64,000 bases of DNA, taken from contig OZ287694.1 of the NCBI GenBank assembly GCA_965649825.1, forward strand, positions 991,197 to 1,055,196. The letters run 5' to 3'. How positions within the stretch are numbered: the first letter of the stretch is position 1; each line of letters opens with the position of its first letter. Made by a program: the position numbers and the translations under genes. The stretch comes from Penicillus capitatus. Lineage: Eukaryota; Plantae; Chlorophyta. The notes under the pieces were generated by a model. It was not told the origin of the DNA, searched no databases, and was given only the letters and a program-made list of their open reading frames with translations. This document shows positions 21,540 through 33,109 of the stretch, piece by piece.

Positions 21540-24500
21540 TCAATTCAAGAATCCACGGCAGTTCGGTGCTCCACAATTGCAGATGAGTTTATTTTCTTCG
21601 ACCTCTTCCTTGAAACGGTAGTCATATGTCAGCTCCTGTCCAGCTGTGATATCGTAGCGGGCAAAGAAGCAGAGGTGATGTCGACCATCGACCTGGATAT
21701 CTTTGCAGTACATACACGGCTCGCAGCAGTGATTGATGAAACGGGCGATGGAACCCTTGACGGTTGCATCGATAATGAAGGAATCGTTCACGTGAAACAG
21801 ATAGCAGTCTTTCTGGTTTTCCCTAAGGAACCAAACAGAGATGCGGCAGGAGGTCATCACGAACGGCACGAGATGCAGACCGGTAACGCTGCTCGCGCAT
21901 GTCGGCGACGGCAGGAGTAACGATTTCACCCTTGTATTCGATGATCATTTCATCCTGTCGGTGATTGACCAGAGCAAAGAGACCCCATCCGTGAATACCA
22001 GACTACGCATACGGCGCTTCTCAGGCAGGTGGTGTAGAGAGGCAAGGTCGCTCACCTTTCCGAAGGCGACGCGTTGGTCTTCTGTCTCGTTGCATTGCCG
22101 CAACTGGATTTTCCACTTGGCTGTCTTGCACATGATCTCACTCTGAGTGGATGCAGTGTTGGTTGTTCCTTCCTGCTGTGTCTGCAGATGGCGAAGCCAA
22201 TCATGTACACTCCAGCACTTCGAGGCCGGGATTTCGTGTGGCATATGGCGTGTAATGCCGCCCACAATTTGAGGCACAGCTCTCACGTATGCCCGTTTCC
22301 CGTACCTTGAGAAAACAGACAGACAACACGTCAATTGGTAGTGGCTGGCAACCAGGGATCGTGCATGCCTGATGCCTGGACCATGTGCCCTCAGAGCGGC
22401 CAGCGTCGTGGCAGGCTGCCATTTTTCCACTCTTCTAGAATCCTCCTTCTCCATGCGTCCAGTGAGATTACACTGAGAAGCACGACGCCTCGACTGTCTG
22501 CAAACAATGCACTGACATCCCGCTTGATGTCTCTGTTTTCGGTGCTTTGGCGCCAACCAACTGATATCTCCCACTCGAGATGCACGTGATCTCTGAAACA
22601 TGCTTGAACGAGAGGTCATTCTTCGTTGGCGCACATTTTTGCTGCTCTCTGGCAAACAGCCACTTCGAATAAGCCATTCGCCCAAAGTCATCATGCCACT
22701 GCCATCTGGTTTCTTCACCTTGATACTGTTCTTCCATTTCTTGGCGGCTCCTTTGCCAGCAGCCCGTTCAAAATCTCTCGGTGTCATTCGCAGCCCTTGA
22801 TCCGAGAGAATCATTTTCTCCTTGACCAAGAACGTCGCGCTGAATTCTTTGCAGAAAACTTCGATTCTCTCTGGCAGTTCAGTGGACGAGACGACGGGTT
22901 CTTGTTCCTCCTCCATCTGCTGCGAACTCGAATCGGGTTGCGGTCTCCGGAGCGTGAACAGGGATTCCTCTGCATTCCATGCCACCTGCTCTGAATTCAG
23001 ATCGATCCATTCTTCATGCCCATCCTCAAAAGCGACACAGTGATCACCATTCGTCTCTCTGTATCGCATAATGGTTCCCTGAATACACTGGGAGCAACTT
23101 CCGGCCCTCCATGCCGCAATGTTCTTTCCAAGGATCTCTGCTCCGTACGGTTTGGTGTAATCAACTTTGTACTCTCCTTCGGAAACGTTCTCGTCTGATG
23201 GATCGACTTCTTCAAAGAACGGCGATTCCATCTCCATTTCGTCTTCATGACCCGCATCGGAATGAAGATTGGTCGTATCCATATTGTGATCTCCGATGGA
23301 TTCTGGCAGTTCTTTGTCGCTCGAAGCCTCAGAACAGAACATCTGCAGGGTAGCACGAAAGGACAGTCTTTGTGTATGCGTGGTCGGGGGCAATACCTGT
23401 TCAGACAGAGGAGAGGCCTCACGCGCAGCATCTTCTGATAGAATATCTCCTGCGCTCGGTGACACATCTCGCATTGTCTCTTCTCGCGTCGACGGTGTGT
23501 GCATGGTGTCATGTGCGGTGTCTTCTGGAGCAGCATCCCCTTCTTCTGTATGATCCTCTTCGGGCTGTTCGTCGCCTAAGAACAACAAAGATGTGACATT
23601 CAATGGCAGACCATGGCAATGACGTGCAATACTGACCACAGATGGAGTCGACTATTCGTGATAGCACTCCTGATACTTGGTTCTTGACATGTACATCATA
23701 TGCTTCGTGATCTTGATAGTTTTCTCTCAGTGCAAACAGCATCTTGCGATCTAGACTCACTCTCGACAGCCACATCTGATGCACGTCACTTCTAAGAAGA
23801 TGATTATGCTTCGAGAGGCAACGTACACTCATTTGCATTTCTGCTGTTTTTGTTTCTTCATTGACGTACCACAGACTCGATTTCCATTTCTTTGCGTCGC
23901 CTCTTCCGCATAGTGTCTCAAAACGAGCGGCCGGGATGAGAGCGTCCTGATGTAAGACTCTCTGACACCGAACATGAAACATGCCGCGCATGCCATTGCA
24001 TTCCACAGGCACTGTCTCCGGGACGCCTTTGGGCAATGGCATCAATTCCACCTGTCGTCAGTCACATCAGGATGCATCTGGTCTGCGGCAGAAAGGGTCA
24101 TACTGGAAGAAGGGCATCGGTGTCATTTTCATCCAGCTTCATGAGTTTGTTCCTGCTGCGACGATATGGACCTTTTGTCCGTCGCTTGCGAAATCGAGGA
24201 ATGATCTGCGGATCGATCGGTGTACCATCTGGATGGACATAGTTTCCGAAATCGTCCATCTTTGGTCTCAGCGGAATCCAGAATGCCTTAACTGACCCAT
24301 AGCCTGATCCTGAACCGTGAGACTTGCGCTCCCATTCTCCTATGGGCTGCACCACACCGTTCGGCAATGATAGCGATACATCGAATGATACCTGGGCACG
24401 GGCACACCCTGCTTGAGGGACAGAGACACCAACAGCTCGAGCTTCTGGATAGGGCTGGCGATTGAAAAGCATCCCTGGAGTGTCTTCTTCATGATCGAAG

Positions 24501-27104
24501 GCCAACTTGATCCCAGAGAGCTCTGGATGTGGTGCTGCATGTCGTGGACAGTAGGTGATCAAATCCAAAGGTCCTGCTGGTCCTTGTGGCCCATCCTTCA
24601 TTTCCATATGCATTCCGGCAATCCGTGCACACAGAGGATGGTAAGATGTGTAACATGCCGTGCATTGAATCTTCGCACCCATCTTCTGTTTGCAGAAGTG
24701 ACAGTTCAACTCCCACCTCTCCTTCTGAATGCATTCAATTCTGGACACAGGCTCCATTTTCATAGGATTCGTAACCGTCACCTGAACACAGGATACTTGA
24801 TTGCATTCATCAAAAAAGCAATCGAGTGTGACCTCTGGGATCCATTGCATGCATGCGACATGACACCACAGCCCTGGAATGGTTGTGGGTTTGCGAGCGC
24901 CCTCAGCAATGGGGCACAGACAGCACTCGGCATTCTCCGTTCCTTGTGCCCGACAGACATTGCACAGCCAGACTTCATCATTGGAGACCTTCTCATGTAC
25001 ACCATAGCACGTCTGATGAACCGTGATGCCACACTTGTCACACGAAATCAACTGATCACAGTCATAATCCACATCCGCATCACAGACACTACAACGATCT
25101 CCTGCATACTTGACCTGATCATCACCTCACTCATTAAACAATAGAAGGCATCGGAAGACGGACGTGGATTTTTATGTAGCCCCCTACGCGGACTTGATCC
25201 CATGGCTTGACTTCCGATTGGTGAGAGCGCTCAAATTCTGCGAAACTGGAACTGGAGTATGCTGACTGCCTCTTGGTGGATCGGCTTCCGTCTCTCTTGC
25301 GACTGGAGACTGGGACACGTGTGACGAGTTCGTCGATGCCTTTCATGACAAACCATCTGCCCAGAGGAAGAGGGGGATCGCTGAGTGACACTTCAGGAAC
25401 ACCTCCAGGGCGAATGCGCACGGACGCTTTCCATTTCTTGGCGGATCCTGCACCGCAGTGCTGTTCAAAGTGGGTAGCTGTGAAGATCCGTTCGCTTTCT
25501 GGTTTCTCTGAACATTCATTACAGGCACAAATGACTCTCTGCTCTCCAAACAGAAACGTCCCTGCGATTCCATTGCATTCCACTGAAATCTCTCTCTGTA
25601 TCTGGAGATCGTCTAGTGACATGAGACCCGATTCAACGCCTCCAGAAAGCGAAAGGCTCGGAAGATGCGGAGAGCCGCCGCCGCCAATTCTCGCAGATGG
25701 CAATGGTCGTTCCTTATGCTCATCTGGCGGCGCAGACTTTGTAAAGAGTGCGGAATCTTCTACATTTGGCCCGACTCTGCGAGAATCTGCTGCTCGGATG
25801 GTTGTTCTCTTGTGTAACGTCGCCATTTTAATGTACTTCTTCCTGGAACTACCTTCTGCCATTCGAGCACCTATACCACCACACGCTCATCTGCTGCTAT
25901 CTCTGGGATGGGCGGACGAGGAGTACTGCTCTTGTGAAAATGTAACATTGTGTTACTGAATTCGCGTTGCACGATGCTATAGAGCTGATTGCATTCGTCT
26001 GTGGTGGCCGAGGTCTCTGTCTCTTCTTTGATCTGTGTTCCAGAATCGTCCAGCGTCCCCATTTTCATCAATGGCAACTCGCGACGGTAGTCATCAATAA
26101 ATTGTTTCTGTTCCTGTGCTTCTATACCTCTCGAACGACAATTTGGACAGAAATACACACATGCGCGATTCGCCGCTTCTGCCTGCAACGCAATGCTCTC
26201 CACAATACCTCCATAAAGAACGGCCTTACGCGTGATGGTACAATGGCCAGGATATCACACTCGACATGCACACGGTGTGCACATTTGCTGCACGCAACGA
26301 AGAGATCTTCACAGTCTTCATGGCAGATACAGCACAAACCTAGTATCTGGACACACACATCTCAAGCACATCGGTCGATGGTATCATCCATTGTTAGGCA
26401 TCTTACATTGCGGGACACACTCGATGGCCTCTGTCGACGCAACGGTGCGACAGGCGTCCGCATTTCGGTTCCCTAAACATCACGCCTACGTGATACAGCG
26501 TCGGATCCTGTAACCGTACGTCATGCATCGGAATCGATCCAGGACGCTGATCTTGTACAGCCTTCTGCCCCTGGGAAGCTCTCGCATTCAAAATCATCGC
26601 AAACGCACAGAGCAACGAACCCACTTCGATGATCGCAGTCTTGAAAGCCGTTTCTTCTTTTCGGTTGACTTCCTGTCTCTATCGCAATCGCAAGTGTGAG
26701 AGACATGTGTGCCATTCATCGCTAGACAGCAAATCGATGTATCGAACCTGCATAGTTTCGAGGTTGTCTTCCCACGGACGAATGTCCCTTTCTTCTCTGC
26801 AATACCAGTCCCGCGTCATATTCTGCTCAAAGAACACGAGACGCTACAGTGAGCAGAGTCTGTGTGCTGGGCATACGGATTTGCTCGAGGGTCCATAAAA
26901 CATCAAACAAACACGTCCACTCACGGCTGAACGGCGCAACGATGGCGGGGCGTCACGTTCCACGTCGGCTACAATCGCCTGCACAAACATACTCTCTCGC
27001 TCGCGTCTGACGTTGCCGTCGAAGGATCGCTGTACAGGCCAGTAGACATTTCGATGAAACGCGTTTTTTGCCCAGACAACCTCTCCAGGTGCAAAGCGCG
27101 ACAT
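21540..27104 (-). CDS. Trithorax/ATX-type histone H3K4 methyltransferase (PWWP-PHD-SAND-PHD-ePHD-SAND-Tudor-like-SAND-SET-postSET)
   Basis: PWWP (GEVVWAK...YWPAIV), PHD ([18 protein letters not shown]...HVEC), PHD/ePHD ([14 protein letters not shown]; WCHVACMQW; [26 protein letters not shown]), three SAND-like K-K-W-K motifs, SET ([19 protein letters not shown]) and postSET ([13 protein letters not shown]). Confidence 0.9.
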
Positions 27105-27445
27105 CGCCGTATCGATTCCCTCTTGCTGATGCGACGGGCGATGCGACCCCTCAGGTTCTAATGCTCATTGGCCTTTTGAACGAAGCCCTGTGTCGATGGT
27201 GAAGACGACGCCGCGTGCTTTAACGGATTGCATTCCGACCGTCGCCTCGTCTTCATATCCCAACCGTCCTGCACGTTGTGTTCGGGCACACGCCTCCCCC
27301 TCCTCCGTGGAGATCGAAATTGCGCGTACGCGCGTTTGAGACGTGTGTTTGTTTGTTCGTGTAGCACCGAATCCGACAGGCACAACCGAACGCTGCGCGA
27401 CGCCTGACGACGGTCGCCGTATCGACTGCTGATACTAGTGTCGGA

Positions 27446-28617
27446 ATGAAAATCGCTAAAGATGTCACGGAACTCATCGGTTGGGTGTTGCCAAAAGATC
27501 CGATGACGATACGCCCTATGATTTATAGGAAACACGCCGCTTGTTTACCTGAACCGCGTGACTGACGGTTGCGGAGCCAAGGTGGCGGCGAAACTCGAGA
27601 GCATGGAACCCTGCTCGAGTGTCAAAGACAGGTAGATAATCCACTCCATCTCCAATCCCGCTTCATTTCTGTACCACTGTGTCAGAATTGGCTACTCCAT
27701 GATTCAATCGGCAGAAGAAGCAGGAAAGATCAAACCAGGCGTGGTGTGTGAGATCTTTATGTACTTGGTGATGATGATGTGACATTTGTGTGATATCAGA
27801 CCACATTGGTGGAACCGACAAGTGGAAACACAGGCATTGCTCTTGCATTCATTGCGGCCGCCAAAGGTTACAAGCTCATCTTGACGATGCCATCTTCGAT
27901 GTCCGTCGAGAGAAGAATTTTGTTAAGAGCTTTTGGAGCTCAATTGGTTCTCACGGATCCAGCCAAAGGAATGAAAGTGTGACCAGATATAAGAGTGCCG
28001 AACCTCTTAACCCCTGCATCGCTGTCTAGGGAGCTGTTGCCAAAGCCGAAGAAATCGCTGCCAATACACCAGACTCACACGTTCTACAACAGTTTGAGAA
28101 TCCAAACAACCCCCGTATTCATTACGAGACCACAGGCCCCGAGATCTGGGAGGGTACAGAAGGCAAAGTCGATGTCTTCGTTTCAGGAGTGGGAACGGGA
28201 GGGACGATCAGTGGAGCCGGCAAATATCTCAAAGAGAAAAATCCAGCCATTCACGTTGTTGCCGTCGAGCCCACAGAATCTCCCGTTCTCTCTGGCGGCA
28301 GTCCCGGCCCACACAAGATCCAAGGCATCGGAGCTGGATTTATCCCTGGCATCCTGGACACAAAGATCTACAACGAAGTTATTCAAGTGTCCTCAGAGGA
28401 TTCCATTGACATGGCGCGTCGTCTGGCATTGGAAGAGGGACTCTTTGTCGGTATCTCCTCCGGTGCGGCAGTGGCGGCTGCTCTGCAGATGGCCAAGCGT
28501 CCCGAGATGGAAGGCAAGTTGGTTGTCTGCATCATTCCCAGCTTCGGCGAGCGCTATCTCTCTTCTGTCCTCTTCCAGTCCATTCGCGAAGAGGCCCAGC
28601 GCATGACATTTGAATAA
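27446..28617 (+). CDS. cysK: Cysteine synthase / O-acetylserine(thiol)lyase, no transit peptide (likely cytosolic)
   Basis: [20 protein letters not shown]...[58 protein letters not shown]. Confidence 0.95.
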
Positions 28618-28688
28618 GACCATCATCACGAATGAGAATATTGGACACACACTGCTTGAACGCTCATTGTTTTGAATCAAACGTTCTC

Positions 28689-30455
28689 ATGTTGTCTAAG
28701 CGACTATTGAGTGATACAGAGAATCTTGTGCAGGAGAGCTTGGAGGGGTTGTGCATTGCGGCCCCTCACCTGCGTCTCTTGGACGGCTTTCCTCATTTCA
28801 AAGTCGCACTCGACGCGGAACACAACCGACACCGCCACGTGGCATTAATTTCGGGTGGCGGGAGTGGACATGAACCCGCCTTTGCCGGCTACGTTGGTAC
28901 AGGAATGCTGACCGCCGCCGTCTGCGGAGATATCTACGCCGCACCATCGGCAGAAGCGATCCTGTCCGCCATCCGTAGCGTCACTGGCGATGCGGGATGT
29001 CTTCTCCTGCCGATAAACTACACGGGAGACCGTCTGAATTTCGAGAAGGCGCAGGAGAGAGCACGGGCGTTGGGATATTGCGTCGAGACGGTTCTCATTG
29101 ACGACGATTGCGCTGTGGTGGACACAGGTTCTGTTGGACGGCGCGGTCTGGCAGGATCAGTTCTCTTGATCAAACTCGTGGGGGCCCTTGCGCAGAGGGG
29201 AGGGTCGCTGAATGCATTGACTGCGTTTGCTCAGAAAGCTGTGCGCAATTTGGGTACGATGGGCATCGGTTTGGATACCTGTGCTCTTCCTGGAGAACCG
29301 CGGTCGGCCTCCCGACTGCAACCGGATGAAATTGAGCTCGGACTTGGCATTCACGGGGAACCCGGTGTCCAGAAGATGCAAGATGTATCCTTGGACAGCG
29401 CTGTTGAGAAAATGGTCCGTTCCGTTACATCCTATCTACCATCTCCTTTCGTCAAGGACTCCAAAGTCGGCGTTCTGGTCAACAACTTAGGCGGAATGGC
29501 CGTGATCGATCTCAACGTTATTGGTAAGCGAACTGTGCAGACGCTGAGAGAAAAGTGTGACCTTGACGTCGATTTCATGCTCGCTGGGACATTCATGACG
29601 TCTGTGTCTGTGGCGGGATTCTCCATCACTCTGTTGAAAATGGAAGAGGAGGAGGAGAACGAGAAGTATATCGATTTGTTGAATGCGTCGACGGCGGCAG
29701 TGGCGTGGACACCGAAGCACATCTCTCCGTTTCGCCCGCAGCCAAAAATTCCACTGCCGTTCGCTGCAGAAGAAGAATATGTGGCCGAAGCATTGACGCC
29801 CTTGGGCAGTATTCATCGCAGATGTGTCGAAGCAGTGGTCGACTGCATGATCGCCAAGGAAGAGATCTTGAACGATTGGGATCGGCAAGTCGGAGATGGA
29901 GATTGTGGCTCGACACTTGCCAATGCCTGCAAAGCCATCCGCACAGACATGGACAGCGCTTATCCCTTCAACAGAGCCGTTTCGCTGCTCAGAGCCATTG
30001 GCCGTTCCATTGGACGCGCATCGGGCGGCACCTCAGGCAGTCTCTACCAAACATTGCTATATTCCGCTGCCGATTCCATGGAATCGACACCTGAAGATAT
30101 GACTGGCCTTGCTCGATGGGTCCGGGCATTTGAGAGTGGCGTCGAGGCTGTTCAAAAACAAGGTGGAGCACAGACGGGCGATCGAACGATGATTGATGCC
30201 CTCGAGCCGGCATCTCGTGCCCTCTCGTCATCCCTCGATGCGGGTGACACGATAGCGGCAGCTTTACAGAAGACGAGACGTGCCGCGGAGCAAGGTGCCG
30301 AGTCAACACTAGGCATGTTCGCCCGACGCGGCCGGTCGACCTACGTCTCCGCTGAACTCTACGCGTCCACGCCTGACCCTGGAGCAAAGGCTGTTGAATT
30401 CTGGATCTCTGCCCTCGTGGATTGTCTTCTCACAGAGACCGTCGGGAACAATTAG
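28689..30455 (+). CDS. DAK: Dihydroxyacetone kinase / triokinase (fused DhaK-DhaL), intronless
   Basis: ISGGGSGHEPAFAGYVGTGMLTAAV, NYTGDRLNF, VGRRGLAG, LGIHGEPG, VGDGDCGST, GDRTMIDAL, RRGRSTY, DPGAKAV; an extra in-frame ATG at 28632. Confidence 0.95.
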   Translation: MLSKRLLSDTENLVQESLEGLCIAAPHLRLLDGFPHFKVALDAEHNRHRHVALISGGGSGHEPAFAGYVGTGMLTAAVCGDIYAAPSAEAILSAIRSVTGDAGCLLLPINYTGDRLNFEKAQERARALGYCVETVLIDDDCAVVDTGSVGRRGLAGSVLLIKLVGALAQRGGSLNALTAFAQKAVRNLGTMGIGLDTCALPGEPRSASRLQPDEIELGLGIHGEPGVQKMQDVSLDSAVEKMVRSVTSYLPSPFVKDSKVGVLVNNLGGMAVIDLNVIGKRTVQTLREKCDLDVDFMLAGTFMTSVSVAGFSITLLKMEEEEENEKYIDLLNASTAAVAWTPKHISPFRPQPKIPLPFAAEEEYVAEALTPLGSIHRRCVEAVVDCMIAKEEILNDWDRQVGDGDCGSTLANACKAIRTDMDSAYPFNRAVSLLRAIGRSIGRASGGTSGSLYQTLLYSAADSMESTPEDMTGLARWVRAFESGVEAVQKQGGAQTGDRTMIDALEPASRALSSSLDAGDTIAAALQKTRRAAEQGAESTLGMFARRGRSTYVSAELYASTPDPGAKAVEFWISALVDCLLTETVGNN

Positions 30456-30526
30456 GTCTGCCTGTCTGCCTGTCATCTCTTGTCACAGATCCACTTGTCG
30501 ATCGCAGATTTCGCTCGGTGCTTTAA

Positions 30527-32834
30527 ATGGGTGTTCTCGGGTCTGTTGACATTGCCGTTATCATCATTTCCCTCTGTGCTGTCTTCGGTTTGAGTTTGTG
30601 GACAGCGTTCCGTGCGAAACGCATCGGCGATGCCGCGCACGATTATTTTTTGGCCGGAAAGGATGCTCTTTGGTGGCTCATTGCTGCCTCTCTTGTCGCA
30701 TCCAATATCGGCACGGAGCACTTTGTCGGTCAGGCCGGTGCCGCGGCGTATTCGGGTATCGTATTATCGTGGTATGGTACGCCCCACAATCATCTATCGC
30801 CGCTCTCGCCGACGGCAGCCTCTTTTCAGAATGGTGCGCCGCATACTTGGTGCTCTCTTTGGGATGGTTCTTTGCTCCTGTCTATCTTCGCACACAACTG
30901 ACGACCATTCCACAGTTTCTCGAGACGAGATTCAACAAACACTGCAGAGCGCTGTACGTGACGATGCTGATGATCTTATACGTGCTATCGAAGATTGGAA
31001 CGTCTGTCTATGCCGGAGCCGTGCTCTTCGACGTCATTCTCGGCTGGTCTCTGTGGAAATCTGTGCCCGTCATTCTCATCAGCACAGCGTTGTACACCAT
31101 GGGTGGTGGTCTCAGAGTACGGAACGCGTACTCCTCCTAAGGGATGATGATGCATCAAAGATCTGTTCACTAGACGGTGATGTTCACGGACGCTTTGCAG
31201 TTGGCGATCTTTCTCGTGGGAGGACTGACCGGCACCGTGATATCTCTCAATCTGGTTGGCGGTATTCCGGGACTGTTTGGCAAACTAGAGCGTGCAGGAC
31301 TCGAAAACGCACCGCATATGTTCCGTAGCATTGATGATCGAGATTACCCTTGGTCCACTGCCGTCATGTTCTTTATCGTCGCGGCAGCGGCATGCGTCTT
31401 AGGCTGGCCATGATTCTGTGTGTTTTTGTTACGGGTCCTGCTTACTGGTGCATCGATCAGGAGATGGCTCAGCGCGTCTTGGCTGGGAAGAATCTGAGCG
31501 AAGTGCGTCTAGGCACATCCACGGCTGGATTGCTCAAGCTCCTTCCGCCATTCATCACAGGCAATGTCTTTACTTTTCCATTGGCAACGACTAACGGCGT
31601 TTCTTCACCGTCTTCAGTCATCCCTGGCATGATTGCGCGTTCGCTGTTCGAGATGTGCGTGGCAGATCCGGAGAACACTGAATTTCCAGAATGGTGTTCG
31701 GCGGGGTTGGATCAAAGCAAGAACTCAGATCGTGCCTATCCCCTTCTCATCGTCAACAATTTTCCGAGCGGCCTCAAAGTGAGCGGGTTCTTGTTCCAGT
31801 CACATCATTCCTGATCCATCATCCTTCGGCACAGGGTCTCATGATCGCTTCCTTTCTCGCAGCGATGATGTCATCCATCTCATCCGTTTTCAATTCGGCG
31901 GCTACTGTGTTCACGTACGATATCTACCAACGCATTTTTGAACCGTCAGGTTTTGAATGACATCTCTACTTGTGCTGGATTCTCAGTAATGCGCCGTAGG
32001 TGGATCGAATCCATCGAGGTTGACTCTGGTAGGGCGCATCGTGATCTGTGGATTGACGATATTGACATTGTGTTATCTACCCATCATCGAGGCATTGGAC
32101 AGAGGCCTTTATGTGGTGGGCTACATGGCCCTATCGCATCTTGCTCCGCCGATTTCGGCCGTTTTCATCTCCGGCATCTTCATAAGAAGCTCAAATGGTC
32201 CGGGTGCACTTGCAGGCTTTGGAGTGGGTTCGTTGATCGGATTGATCCGATTTGTCCTCTCCATTCTTTTCCAGCATCAATGCGACAGTGATTGTGAAGA
32301 ACAAACACAAGTGAGAACGCGTCATCATTCGATCATACAGATAGATTGGTGTCTGCATACTGCTGCAGCATTTGACGTGGTCCAATGTCTTTGTGTGCTT
32401 GAATTTCAATTACTTTGCCATTCTTCTCATGATCTTCACGATGGGAACGATTTTGATCGTCAGCAGCTTTTACCCACCGACCGATCCCTCTATCCTGAGA
32501 AGTGCGCCTCGCTATACCCGTCTGCCGTTGTCCATTTTCTTTGATCTTGTGGCGATGAAGGCCACACATTCAGATGTCGCGATCTGTCGTTGGCGTGCCC
32601 CTCCGAAGAGCGTTCAGATGAAGAAAACGCTGCAATGTGTGTGCATCTCTGGACACACTTGATGTGACAGCGTGAACCTCTTTGCTGTGCAGGTTACTAC
32701 TGCCCGAGAGTTCAGACTCGCTGAAGAAAGAAGATCCCTCCACAGAAGCACAGTTCCTGAAATACTGTCTGGCCATAGCTGTGAGTCTCTTGGCTATTGT
32801 TGCCGTCAACACTTCTTTGATTGTCTTCCGCTGA
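30527..32834 (+). CDS. Sodium:solute symporter, SLC5 (SGLT/myo-inositol-like), multi-exon
   Basis: [33 protein letters not shown]; [10 protein letters not shown]; [17 protein letters not shown]; [25 protein letters not shown]; final TM exon ends TGA 32832-32834. Confidence 0.9.
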
Positions 32835-33109
32835 AAACCTCTGCTTTTTTGTTTCCCTGATCTCCTCTTCTTTGTTGAGGGTCAGTTTTTTCGCATTAAG
32901 ACGATGATGCAGGTGCATTCTTGTGCCAATCTCACTCTATCGACTGTAGCATCTTGGGATGTATGTGTCCATACAGTACGGTCGATCGTTTCGAGCACAG
33001 AGGGGTGCATACAGAGTCACCAATTTCATGACCCCGGCGCGCAATGCGTCGGTTGGTTGGAATTGTCACGTCTTGTCTACGGTATCCATACGGTAGGTAG
33101 GTCGTGTCC

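Noticed and set aside
28618-28688. Absence of TGTAA poly(A) signals in tight spacers as proof of polycistronic mRNA
   Set aside because: TGTAA is also missing just after ordinary gene ends here (TRAP-beta, SLC5, METTL13), so its absence is uninformative
30440-30530. DAK-SLC5 fusion through an intron in the spacer
   Set aside because: A TAA lies in frame immediately before the SLC5 ATG, so a splice acceptor within the spacer cannot join the two ORFs
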